DNA of 63,909 bases, counting the filler, from Choristocarpus tenellus KU-1152 (taxonomy: Eukaryota; Protista; Phaeophyceae), in assembly GCA_964200185.2 (NCBI GenBank). It is 10 parts of 10 records of this genome, joined end to end, with 100 filler letters (N's around TTAATTAATTAA, not from the genome) between each part and the next. Parts side by side here need not be neighbours in the genome. Positions count along the whole stretch, not along the records: positions 24,911 to 28,192 come from CAXNAD020021060.1; positions 28,293 to 35,477 come from CAXNAD020006571.1; positions 35,578 to 39,205 come from CAXNAD020018858.1; 7 more parts are not named here. One strand, given 5' to 3'. Shown one piece after another: positions 25,318-37,015 of the stretch. The notes under the pieces are model-generated. The model did no database searches and was not told the DNA's origin. It saw nothing but the letters and a program-made list of their open reading frames with translations. Within the stretch, counting starts at the first letter, position 1. Each line of letters begins with the position of its first letter. Both the position numbers and the translations under genes were made by a program.

Positions 25318-28039
25318 CCACTTTGAGGGGAAAATAGATACTTGGAGTAGATTAGAAATATTAATGAGATAGTGGAGTCATCGCACAGTTGAGGGAGTAG
25401 GGTCTGTGTCCGAAAATCAAGATTTCCACCAATGTAGTGACCTACGTGTTGATTGGAGACAAACTGTCGGTTTGCCCTACAGCATACCGCATACCCCCGC
25501 AACCTTGGTCTAACTCAAAGACCACATTCAGGGCAGTGACAGGAGGGGTCGGGCAATGGAAACCAAGTCTTAATCTTTACTACCTGATGACAAGTATCGA
25601 CAAATCAATTTCTTAGTAGACTAAAGTTGGTGAAGTTGGCGCTATTACATCTTATAGCACAATTTTCTGGAGCAGTGATCGGGTCATTTCAGATCCCTTC
25701 CCAAACGTTTCTCAAGTGTGACCAGGACATGCATCTCTTGTCCCCTGTACAAAACGTTCTGTTGTCCCTATGTTCACCCCTTCTGCCCTGACACAGGAAT
25801 CCTTTGTCCACTTTCCGCCCCAGAACTCTATTTATATTAACAGAGATAATAGGGACAATTGTCAATAAACGAGAAAGGACCACAAGTAGCTGGAGGATAT
25901 TCTCCACTCTATCAGAATCTCCTAAACAATATCTTGTTTGAAGGAAGGGTTGAAGAGATAGGTGTGGCTTACTTTCAAATTTACTGTGAACTACCTATTG
26001 AGCCGATATTGGGCCTACATTCAATCCACTTGAAGTCCTTATTTTTTCCGTTGTGTACGACTGGCAACAACTGTGGAAGTACAGAGTGGATGGCGTCTCA
26101 GAAAGTGGACACTAATGCTAGAGCTACGCATTATTACTCGATATCGTCTTTGGATGCCTGATTTTCCACCAGATCTTCATAGGCGCAGGGGGTTAATTTC
26201 TTGTGCAAAAATGGTAATTGCTTTTACGCATACCTGTCTACGGATGTAGACTAGCCACAAAAAAGCACAAACCTTTCTCTTTGAACATGTGTGCGTGAGT
26301 GGGTGTGTGCGTGCCTGTCACTCTATCTTATATGGGTGCTTCCATACTCAAGCATATGCATGTGCTTCAAATGTTTGAATGTGTGTTTTCCTTCAACATG
26401 AGCGCCCCTTTGCAATTTGCTGGCGCGACAGTGATACTGCTAGTGATGGCAAGAATTGCCCTTCTTTCGCACCTTTTGCTGATGATTTACTTGTCAAAGG
26501 AAAAAAAATCTTGTGGACCTTGACACGACCTTGATACATTACATATTTCACTCACAAAAATGAATTGTGTTTTGCTTTACCACATTCAACAAGGCTGATC
26601 CCGTATTCTCAAATACACGACATTCTGAGTAGATTGGTAGTGATATTCCCGTTCGTTGTTCATGTGCAAACTGAAACCTTGCGTGCATTCTCCCCCCCAA
26701 AAATGGCACTTGTAGGCAACTCTAAACGATGTGATGAAGTAGTCCCATAGCCCGTGTTTGTGCCTTGTGCACATGAACCTTCCAATTACGATCTCAATTT
26801 CCCGAAGAGTGCAAAGTCCTGGTAAATTGTAGTTGATCCATGGATCATGGGCTAGGTTCATGCCAACTACCGAGAAAGACATTCTATGCTCTGAGTAAAA
26901 CATCTCAATTCGCAGCATTTTAAAAAGTGATAGGGACTGCAGTTAGGTACCTCGTAGAAGGAGGGGGTTAGGAATGTAACAATATCGAGCTCTCCATGTG
27001 GTGACAAGGGCGAACCACCCCTTGATAATTGGATTGATTGATAGATCAAGGGTAAGGGCTATTCTAGTTGCGAAGAAAAATTGCCTTTTTGGTCAAACAC
27101 CACTCAACTTTTGGTATAGAGATTGGACTTAATATGGGTGATCCTGGGGTGGGGGGGGCACTGATAGTAATTGCAGTATCCACACAGTTTTGCTCCTCCA
27201 AGCAAAAAAAAGAAGCTTTAGCACGTGCACAAAAAAAATTGTGCTCCATGAAAAGCTAGAGGGATCATGGAAGTTTAGAAGGCGCACGTAGGTGAGACAG
27301 TATTCTAATTCCAAGCAGGCTACGATAAAAGCATTTCAAACCGCTGAGAATTCAATTTTCTGTGTGTTTTTGTGCGTAGGTGATTAGGCCCGCTCATCTT
27401 GCAGTGGTGCAGTGGTGCAGTGGTGCGCTTGTGGGGATCAAATGTCTCGGCATGTTCTTTTGTGGACCTACTAATACGAGAAATGAGGGGTTAAGCAAAT
27501 CTAGGAGATAATGCGCTCTCCGATCAAGTTTGCCACGGACAGTAGCCGTAGGGGAGACAATGTGGAACTGGAGTAGCGCTACTCATGTGCGTTCTACATC
27601 CTCCACTTGGCCTTCTTCCGTATCATCGTCATGTACTACCTCGCATGCAATAGGGTCACATGTAGTAAGGCATTATTCCTCACAGATGGATCCTCAAAGT
27701 CTCTAAACCCCAACCTCCCAAGCAGATCATCATACCTACCCATAGAAATATGGATTGGGTATTAAGTGACCATGGCCAAACATACATGCATATGATAAAA
27801 AAAGAAAAAGAAAAATGACCAATCGATATTTTCCGATTCGTTTTGTTCAGACCACGTTTTAGTTAAGAGTACAAGTGATGGAAGTTTGGGAAAGTATCAT
27901 AGTGCAGGATCTGTGATTGATTAAAAGCTTGAAAGCAGACCTGGTTGTTGGGAAGTTAGTGGAAGATAAGTGGCATTGGGGGAGTGGAGGCTAAGGAGGG
28001 GTAGACAGAAGAAAAGGAAAAAGTTGAAAATATTTTGAA

Positions 28040-28192
28040 GAAGATGCATTAAGGGGGCAGAATCTAGGCATGTTATAACTAATCTTTCCTGCCTGCCCAC
28101 CCTCTTGATTGATCATGAATAAAGGGGATGTTGAGCAGGGGGTAGGGTCAAGGTCGGGTGGGGTAGATATCTTCTGGCTCATGTGCCTGTAC
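28040..28192 (+). repeat. Second copy of the GGVDVF dispersed repeat
   Basis: Aligns by eye with 3590-3725 (ggggc.agaa..aggca...aatctttcc...gattg.tca.ga...gtcaag.tcgggtggggtagat.tcttct). Confidence 0.6.
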
Positions 28193-28339
28193 NNNNNNNN
28201 NNNNNNNNNNNNNNNNNNNNNNNNNNNNNNNNNNNNTTAATTAATTAANNNNNNNNNNNNNNNNNNNNNNNNNNNNNNNNNNNNNNNNNNNNGGATTCGA
28301 GGTTGTGGGACAAGAAAAAAAAACCAAACCAGCAGCGAA

Positions 28340-28530
28340 AAGTGGGGGGGGGGGGGGGGGGGGGTATACACCAGGATGTCCATTTAATCAAAATCAGGAA
28401 AAATGCATTTACAGTATCCATCTGGCGTATGCAACCAAATTGCCCAAAAATCACGACACGAAAAAATTGACCCCAAATGGACAGCCGCCACCCCCTAGGT
28501 CAACGTATCTTGGGAGGGGTGTCGGCGTCC
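28340..28530. mobile_element. MITE family A copy followed by the terminus of a related family (ggtcaacgtatcttgggaggggtgtcggcgtcc)
   Basis: The interior matches 9533-9719. The second terminus matches the reverse complement of 4206-4243. Confidence 0.7.
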
Positions 28531-28575
28531 GTTTTTCACCTTTTTTCCATTTTCACTTTTTAATGTGAGTTGATC

Positions 28576-29160
28576 GCACGTGTCGGATTTGAAATATCAG
28601 CAAAAAAAAGAAGACTGTTGGTTAGGTTCCTTTCTGTCCTTGCGTACGCAAGAGGAATGGGAATATATGCTACCATTTGTTTGGGTTTGGTTAGGAGTTT
28701 CGACGTTTGCATGTGTCAGATTTCGGGTCTGTTCAAACTGGATTATTGGTTCATGTATGTTGGTCGTGCAGTTACAATGAAGAATAAGAGATATGGGTTA
28801 GGTTGTTCCAGGGCTGGTTATTGGTTTGTTTGGTTGCATGAGTGGGATTTAGTTAGCACATAAAGAGGGTTGTCGGTTAGGGTGTGTTTTCCCACTGTTA
28901 GGATGAGGAATTGAAAAAAAATAGTATGGACTGTTGCGAGGTTGGTTTTTTCGTTTATTTGCTTGCATGAGTCGTGTCTGGTATGTACAAAAAGAGGACT
29001 GTCAGTTAGGGCCTGTTCTCCTGGTGTGTGCACGAGGAACCAAAACATATATCATACACTGCTTAAAATATATTACTTCGTTTATTTGCGTGCATGTGTC
29101 GGATTTAGTATGTAAACAAACGTGGTTGTCACTGAGGGTGTTAGGGTTGAAGTTGTTGGT
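28576..29160. repeat. Degenerate ~128-bp tandem array (about 5 units)
   Basis: Marker gca(c/t)g(t/a)gt recurs at 28576, 28709, 28836, 28965 and 29092, each followed by similar ..ttagg segments. Confidence 0.65.
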
Positions 29161-29811
29161 ATGAAGGAGGGGAAAATGGTCAGGTTTTGTTTTCGGGTTA
29201 GTGTACCGCATCTTTCATGTAATGTGTGGACGGATACTGGAGGTATATGGATAGTTATTGGTCAAGGCCTATTGTCGTACATTTACTTCCAGAGGTCCTG
29301 AGTTGGTGTTGTGCTTAGGAGCATCATGCTTGAACTTCGGTGTATGATCCTCCAAGATTCGAAGGAGGACGAGATCGGTTCTAGTTTGTTGACACTTGGA
29401 CAAAGCATAAGATGGTGCATAGAGTATTGAGAAGCAAGGGGGAGGTGCGTTATAGTGTTCAAGGAATAAATAGCGGCTTTGAAAAGGACAGGGTATCCAT
29501 CGCAGGCCTTGGCGAAATGTTTGGAAGGGTTAGCTGAGAAGATGGAGAAGAGTTGTTTAATTGATGTTTTATACTGTAGTAGTCTAAGCCTTGTATTGGA
29601 CACGCTCTTTAAAACAAATAATAACACAGGTCTAATCCTCAAAATGAGCATGATATATGATACGCTGACGACTCTGACTGGTAGTAATGTATCCGATACC
29701 ACTGTCTAAATGCATAACTCGTCGAATGGAAAGTGCATGAACATGGTAGTCGGACATCAAAGCAAGGTACACTGATGCATAAATCAGTGTACCTGTAACT
29801 CGATCCGTACT

Positions 29812-31627
29812 TCAACAAAAAACTGAAACGACTGAACCCTTATTCCAATTGGTGGGTGGACTCGAAATTGCATTCGTCACCCTTCTCCCACCTGCTGTAA
29901 GCTTAGGGTATGCCTCGACAAGTAGGTGCCATAGATTTAGGTGTGTAGAGTACCTGCTCTTCCAAGGTCCAGGCTTCACGAGGCTCAAGAAGATGGCCTT
30001 CCTCGCATGTAGTGCTTTCACATGCTCGCGATGCAATGTGTTGCCTGGCTTCCCTCCATGATCGCCGAGTTTAACCTGTGTGGGCTCGTGAACGTAGCAT
30101 TCATAGCCGAAAACAAGAGAAACGGCCCCTTTACCGGCCTTGATGAGCCTGAACCCATGGTCGTATATGACTTGGGTGAGGATTTGAGTCTGCACTCGAT
30201 ACTGCGAAGAGCAGGTTTCATTGCTGATCGTAGGAGCTCGGTAACGCACGCCTCCGTGAAGGCTTCAGTGATCCCCACATAGGATGCATCACCGGAGTCG
30301 GTCGCGTCCTGTGTGACACAATCGGTATCACCATGCAATGACCTTTCCTCATCATTGTTGTACCTCGAGGTAGATGGAGGTGGATTTACCACGTATCTGC
30401 CCCTTTTGGAAGAAGTGAAGATGTCTGCGAAGGAGCCAGGTTCTAAAGCGCTGCCATCAGGAACACGAGGCTGTTTGAAGGGTCTGATCCGTCCAGTACC
30501 TTCTCTCACCCTCTTCTTCCTAATTATCGTCCTTTTCCCCTTTTCTTTACCCTTCTCGGAAGGCTTGTCCCTCGGTGTTGGGGTAGGATCGGCATGGACG
30601 TGGTTCTCACTTCGCCTCACCATATGGTCCTAGGTGTTCCCTGGCACTTGGGACTCGTCGCTGCCGCTGCCACCAAATGGGCGTTTGGGGACATTCCGGG
30701 GTCACTCCCGACAGGCGTGGACTCTGAGTCCGTGCCTAGCCGCCCACCCAAGTCCTCCTGTACAAGTTCCTCTGGATCTGACAAAGCATCACAATCGGGT
30801 CGGTCCCCATCACCTTCAGAGTCTTCTCTCAACCTCTTCTTCTCAATTATCGTCCTTTTCCTCTTTCCATTACCTTTCATGGAAGGCTTATCCCTCGGGT
30901 TTATGATTAGATGGGCATGGGCGTAGTTCTCACTTCGCCCAACAGTATCGTCGTAGGTGTTCCCTGGCACCTTGGACTTATCGCCGCCGCTGCCCACCGA
31001 ATGGGCGTTTGAGGACATACATGGGTCACTCCTGACAGACATAGACTCTGAGTCCATGCCTAGCAGCCCCCTCACGTCCTCCTGTGCAAGTTCCTTTGGA
31101 TCTGACAAAGCGTTACAAACTAGTCGGTCCCTATCGCCTTCATAGTCGTGTTCCGAGGGTGTGGTTGTATGCCTTCCTCCTTGTAGAGTCCTGCTTCCCG
31201 TACCTACTGTAGGGCTAGGCGATGGGTTATCCTGCTCCTCTTCATCATCTGGTGGGTTGGGTCTTCCACAAGGTATAGGCGTGGATACGCCACCAGCTAC
31301 CGCTGTCTTCACCAGTGCAAAATTGCGGAAGGTGGAGAGTTCGTCCATGAGGAATTGGATACGATCCGGATCGAGGTTGTCCCCGAGGGCGGTGCATACG
31401 ATTACGATGTCCCCTGGTCGGGTCTAGAGAAGGGCGACTTCTCTCTCGTGGGTGGCGCTCGTTTCGGACTTGAACTTGTCAAGGTCGTGCTCGGACGCGG
31501 CGTTTTTTTCTGGCGTGATCACAATGTTTGTGACTCGTGTTATCTCTGTGATGGTGGAGGAGTAGGCAAAGGACATGGCAAAGTACGAGGCAAAACAACG
31601 GGAAGAGGGGTTAGTGTTAGGAGGCAA
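29812..31627 (-). pseudogene. Disrupted ~600-codon ORF of unknown family with an internal 108-codon duplication, probably TE-borne
   Basis: ORFs 31424-31627 and 30617-31348 share a frame and are separated only by TAG at 31426-31424. A 324-bp internal repeat (markers 30721/31045) has a 1-nt deletion and a TAC>TAG change in the downstream copy. A further probable frameshift leads into 29812-30249. Confidence 0.55.
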
Positions 31628-32319
31628 GGGATGAAGCAGAGGTTGGTAAGAAGGAGTATGCGATGCAGGATACAGAGGAGGAGGCAGAGGCTGAGGAAAA
31701 GATGGATGGAATAGAGTATGTGCGACTCGTTGAACTTGGGCGGATTATTCGAGCCCATAAATCAGGAAGACAAGTAGGGCTTGTAACATAGGGTGAAGAG
31801 GATGCGTATAGGACTATAGTATATGAACCGTGATATAATTCCCCTTCTTTTGTCGGGTTCTGTCGATCGGTACAACACAGCAAAAGTATGAAGCAATCTG
31901 TTCGACGAGCAAGTTCGCAACATATATAACTGGAGAACCCTGTGACAATGTACGGTGTCAAACTGTCCAACATCGGTGAGATCTGCGAGGGTCTAGGTTG
32001 TGTGTTTGGTGTAGGGGACGATGTTTGATGTTAACATATGGCGATGTTGTACAATGATGTAATTGCTTGCCTGTGTGTTCGTATCTAATGTTCAGGGTAA
32101 CACCCTCAGAGTATTTGACGATGTCCAGGTATTTTGTACCCTCCTCCACTTCCTCCCTCAACACGAGGTCCGTTTTCACCTACAGATTTTATTGGGTTAC
32201 ATTAATGTGTGCGATTAGGGCGTTTATTGTGAGTTGGCTTGATACGAACTCAATTACGGTGGACAGATGAGAAGATGAACCTCACACTCCCTTGAGTACC
32301 TCCTCGCTGAGGATGTGTT

Positions 32320-32900
32320 CTATCAAACGGTAAATGCCATCAATTTTCAAAGCATGGCAAGACGGTTGGGCGGGTGTGTGTCGATTTGAAACAGTAATCC
32401 TGAGCAGGAAAACATTACGTCAAATCGCGAAAGTGAAAGATGAAGATGAAAGGAATTTGCGCGCTGACCCGGGTTAGATGTCGGGAGGGCAAACATGCAG
32501 AGGTTTGTGCTTGACATAACACAGACAGTAATGAATAAATTTGATGTGTTTTGTCGAACGGTAAAGGTAATCTATTCTCAAAGTGCGGCAAGACGGTTGG
32601 TCGGGTGTGTGCCGATTTGAAATAAGAACCTGAGCAGAAACACATTACGTCGAACCGCGAAAGTGAAAGATGAAGATGAAAGGAATTTATGCGCTGACCC
32701 GGGTTGGATATCGGGAGGCGTGCAGGTTTGTGCTTGACATATGACAGATCGTAAGGAATTAATTTGATGTGTTCTGCCGAACGGTTAAGGCCATCAATTT
32801 CCAAAGCGCGGCAAGACGGTTGGGGTGTGTGTGTGTCAATTTGAAATAGCAATCCTGAGCAGGAAAACATTACGTCAAAGCGCAGAAGTGAAAGCATGAA
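32320..32900. repeat. ~225-230-bp tandem repeat, about 2.5 copies
   Basis: gcaagacggttgg at 32357, 32588 and 32811. cctgagcag.aaa.cattacgtc.aa.cgc.a.agtgaaag occurs in each unit. Confidence 0.85.
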
Positions 32901-33443
32901 TGCACCAGTTTGATACGTACATGTCGATTTTGGAATGTACTTCTAAGTACAAATTTGGTATGTTCTGCTGGTCGGTAGAAGCGATCAAACTCTAAGTTTA
33001 GAGTTAGCGGGGTTTTTGGACTAAGAAACGCGCGCGTGATGATACCATCATGCGAGTTGTATCGAGATTGCATTGTGACGCGATACGAACCTTATCGGAA
33101 ATGTTCCAATGGTATCGGAGCCCTTGCACGTGCGTATCGAAGGTGTCACCACATCACACTCGACAGACGGATGTTGTGGTTCGTATAATTGCATCGTGGA
33201 ATCTTGCTTCTATTTCGGATCAGTTGTCTGATTACTCCTAACATATGCAACTGCAACCTATGTTCCAATTTCGGGAAAAGGTTTGGTCGAATTCACTGTA
33301 ATCAATTCAGATGATAGCCGCTGAATTGCAACTACGTCGACATGTTCGATGCAAGGTGAAATATGTCTCTTGGCGGATTGGGAATAGTGTTCAAAATGCA
33401 GGCAATTTATTTTGGTTAAGGTTAGGGTTGGTATTATGGGTGC

Positions 33444-33698
33444 GAGTGGAAGTATCTTAGTGGTAGAGCCGCGTCCATTTGGCGGCCGAATTCCAATGTT
33501 GCATTTTTGCTGTAATTCTTGCTATCATTTTTGTTTGGAGATATCGATGTCCTTTTCCGGACACTCCTTTCCATAAAGTACACATTGTACTTCTCCAAAA
33601 CATTTTTGAGTAACTACAATGTCGTTGAATACCCGTGGGCAGCCAAGCCCCAAAGAACAACCAGCGAAAAACTCGTACCCTCTAAGATACTTAGGCAA
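33444..33698. mobile_element. MITE family B copy (inverted relative to 34174-34432)
   Basis: Ends gaagtatcttagtggtag ... taccctctaagatactt. The interior is a diverged reverse complement of the 34174 copy. Confidence 0.7.
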
Positions 33699-33774
33699 CA
33701 TTGACTTCGGGGCTTACATTGTCAAAGACTGGGGTGTCAGAACACGGTTTATGAACGGTTTCGATCAAATACAA

Positions 33775-34705
33775 TTTAGATGCGACGGTCGTGATTTTGA
33801 TGTTACCACCATTGACAGCTGGTATGTACACGGTGGAAAAGGTAATGAATACAGGGCATCGAATTTGAAATGTTGGTGACACCACCATCTGCAGCTAGTG
33901 AGTACACGGCTATAAAGGTAACAAATACAAGGCATTGAATTTGAAAATGTTGTTATTTCCACTGCTGACAGGTGGTGTGTACACTGTTGTAAAGGTAACA
34001 AATACGAGGCATTGAGTTTGAAAATGTTGGTGACACCACCATTGACAGGTGGTGTGTACACTGTTGTAAAGGTAACAAATACGAGGCATTGAGTTTGAAA
34101 ATGTTGGTGACACCACCATTGACAGGTGGTGTGTACACGGTTGTACACGTAGTAAATACAGGGCATTGAATTTGAGTGAAAGTATCTTAGAGGGTACGAG
34201 TTTTGCCCTGTTTGTCCATTTGGGGTTTGGCTTCCCATAGGTTCTTTTATGACATTTTCCTACTCCGAAAAAAGTTTGGAGTAGAAAAATGTAAACGTTA
34301 TGAAAAGGTGTATCCAGAACAAGGATATTGACACTTCTTAACAAACATGATAGCCAAAATTACATCAAAATCACAACATTGGATTTTGACCCCCAAATGG
34401 ATGCGGCCCTACCCTCTAAGATACTTTGGCTCTTTGAAAGCGTTGGTGACACACTCATTGATAGCTGTTGTCTACACGGTTGTAAAGGTAACAAATAGAG
34501 GGTATCGAATATGAAAACGTTGGTGACACCACCATTGACAGCTGGTGTGTACATGGTTGCAAAGGTAACAATACATGGCATTGAATTCGAAAATGTCGGT
34601 ATTACCACTGCTGACAGCTGGTGTGTACACGGTTGTAAAGGTAGTAAATACAGGGCATCGAATTAGAACATGTTGGTGACACCGCCATTGACAGCTGTTG
34701 CGTGC
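33775..34705. repeat. 77-bp minisatellite (about 8-9 units) interrupted by a MITE
   Basis: Unit gtgacaccaccattgacaggtggtgtgtacactgttgtaaaggtaacaaatacgaggcattgagtttgaaaatgttg. tgacaccacc at 34031 and 34108 gives period 77. The array resumes after 34432. Confidence 0.9.
34174..34432. mobile_element. MITE family B, full copy (259 bp) inserted in the minisatellite
   Basis: TIRs gagtgaaagtatcttagagggta / taccctctaagatactttggctc. Flanked by TTT on both sides, which restores the unit sequence gaaTTTgaaa. A partial copy lies at about 47915-48062. Confidence 0.8.
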
Positions 34706-37015
34706 ATAGGGTTTACGCCGATTTTGACGCTAAATTGCTTTCATTCGGTATTCTATCTGGAGCTTCTGACAAAATATTTACACAGGGGGCAACATAGCAG
34801 TGGTGGACGAAATTGGTATGGTCGTAGTCCTGAAGGCCTTCGTACATAACGTGTTGAGATCTCTTGGCCTATCTCGTGTGAATCGATGTAGCGTGGTGAA
34901 CAGCAACACCATTTAGACCTAACCCGGATTTGGGCTATACATTTTAAGAAAGCAATAGCGAGATCATTCCTAATGGGAGGGACATGTTCGTGCTTTCGTA
35001 AAAGCCGAATACAAGACATGTTGGAACTTAGTATCGAGAGGAACGCGTACATAGGAATTGGTGAGATACGTTGCACATCGCAAACGGCCAGTAGACGAGG
35101 AATACTCAACCCCGGATGGGCGCGTTCGGTACGGCACACTATGCGACAATGTTGGATTAGGGGCCGTGACTAGGAGGTCATACAACCGCTTGGGTACACC
35201 ATCATGTCAGCCACAGGATAATACATGCTACGTGAACTGGTGAAAGCTGCAACATCCGCCAAAGGCGCTAAATCATGATGGTGTGTTTGCGATATTGGTC
35301 ATTCAGAAACGCTCTAGTGTAGGCTGCACGAAGGGAGAATGTTTCTTGTATGGGGACCCATCTTCTGGTTCCCTTTAGAGGCATGGTGGCGTTCGGTGGT
35401 TGGACTTGTTAAAGTATCCCCAAAATCATCAAAGAGGATAAAGGTGATAAACCTGGCGAGATTGCTTGGTGTCTGTANNNNNNNNNNNNNNNNNNNNNNN
35501 NNNNNNNNNNNNNNNNNNNNNTTAATTAATTAANNNNNNNNNNNNNNNNNNNNNNNNNNNNNNNNNNNNNNNNNNNNGCTCTTCCCATGGGGGAAACATT
35601 TCTATCCGGCCAAAGGCAGGCCCCCCTGGGGAAAGGGGGGGCTCCCCCCCCCCCCCCTCCTCTTCTCTACCCTTCCCCTTAACTCTGTTCAGCAAGGGAG
35701 TGGGGGAAGAAAGGGTCGCAGATGCGATGTTTCATGGTCTGGTGTGGTGTTGAGTACTAATTTCCTGGTCTTGTTTCTGTGTAGGTGTTGACTCTGTTGT
35801 GGTGCATTGTGTGATGGATTGTTCCACAAGCACTGTTGTTTTGCTTGGTTGTTGTACTGAATCAAGAGTGTAGTGGGGGTTTTCCTGCAGGCGTAAGTCT
35901 CTGTTATGTTTTTTTCCTTTCTTCGCTTGCAGGGTATTGATTTCATGATGAGGAGTTTCTTAAGGTATATGGTACAGCAGTATATTAATAGTAGACATAT
36001 TTAATAGTAATAGTAGTAATAGTAGTAGTAATTGTGTTAATAGTAATAATAATGTCTGTGATAAGACTGTGAGCTATTAATAGTACTGTGATTGTGTGCT
36101 GACATATATGTGTAGTTTAGAGTGACTTGTACACAAAAAAAAACTGCAGCGGTGTGTGCTTTGCAGCATACATAACTGCTGTTTCCTCGTAGTGATGTAA
36201 GTGCATGATTCACCATTTCTAGCAGTGCTTGCAGGGTTGACCAAAAATTAAGGGTCAAGTGCACTCTATTGTACAGGCTACCCTTGATTGGTTTAGCTTT
36301 TCTTACTCCTCTTGAGCTGTGATCCAACATCTGGCAATCAGGAGACTGCAGGAGCAAAGGCTGCGCTTTCGTTTGTAACAACTTTCCTTGTCTATGAGAC
36401 GGCTTGGTTAGCCTGTATGATGACGGCCTGACCCTTACAGTCCCGAGGGTACATGTCCATGTGAAAAGTACCAGAGTAGAGGATCAGGTGAAGAGTACAA
36501 GACAAGCGCAGAGTAGAGGACCGAGTATAGGATATGAGACCAAGTAGGAAGCAAAGAAAATAGTGGGAACACTGCTCTGTAGTGTTCTGAGGTTCTTGTT
36601 GCAGTTGTACCTAGTAGGGATGATCGCAAGTGCTTCAGTTTTCCACGCATTCAACTAATGCGACGAATCAGTGATGGTAATGTGGTGTGGTTAAATGTAG
36701 TATTTTCATTTAACCTCTTGGAGTGGTCTGTCCTGTGAAGGGGGGGGGGGCTAATAGTGTGAACTGTGGTTGAGAAAGTGCTTAGGGCTCATTTCTGACT
36801 CTAGAGTAGTTTAGCTATACATTGCTTATACTGTACAAGCATCTAGCTCCTGCGGTTGAATGAGTTTCCATCACAAACAGTTTTTGTTGTTTTTGTAATT
36901 TCTTTAATTTTTTTGTAATTTTTTTTTTTCACCTTTTGAGTGTGGCAAATATGAGCTGAATCAGACCACCTCCATGCCTGTCACACCCCTTTTTATTGAT
37001 TTTGATCGGCCTCAG

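Noticed and set aside
26170-27259. Possible ~1.1-kb TIR element (cagatcttcataggcgca ... tgtgctccatgaaaagcta)
   Set aside because: The terminal match is weak and no TSD or second copy is visible.
33775-34705. CRISPR-like appearance of the 77-bp array
   Set aside because: Units are similar along their entire length with no unique spacers, there are no cas genes, and the context is eukaryotic. It is a minisatellite.
34797-35030. AVVDEIGMV (+) and QHVLYSAFTKAR (-) resembling PIF1 helicase motifs
   Set aside because: They lie on opposite strands, are short, and have no other helicase motifs in frame. This is insufficient to call a Helitron.
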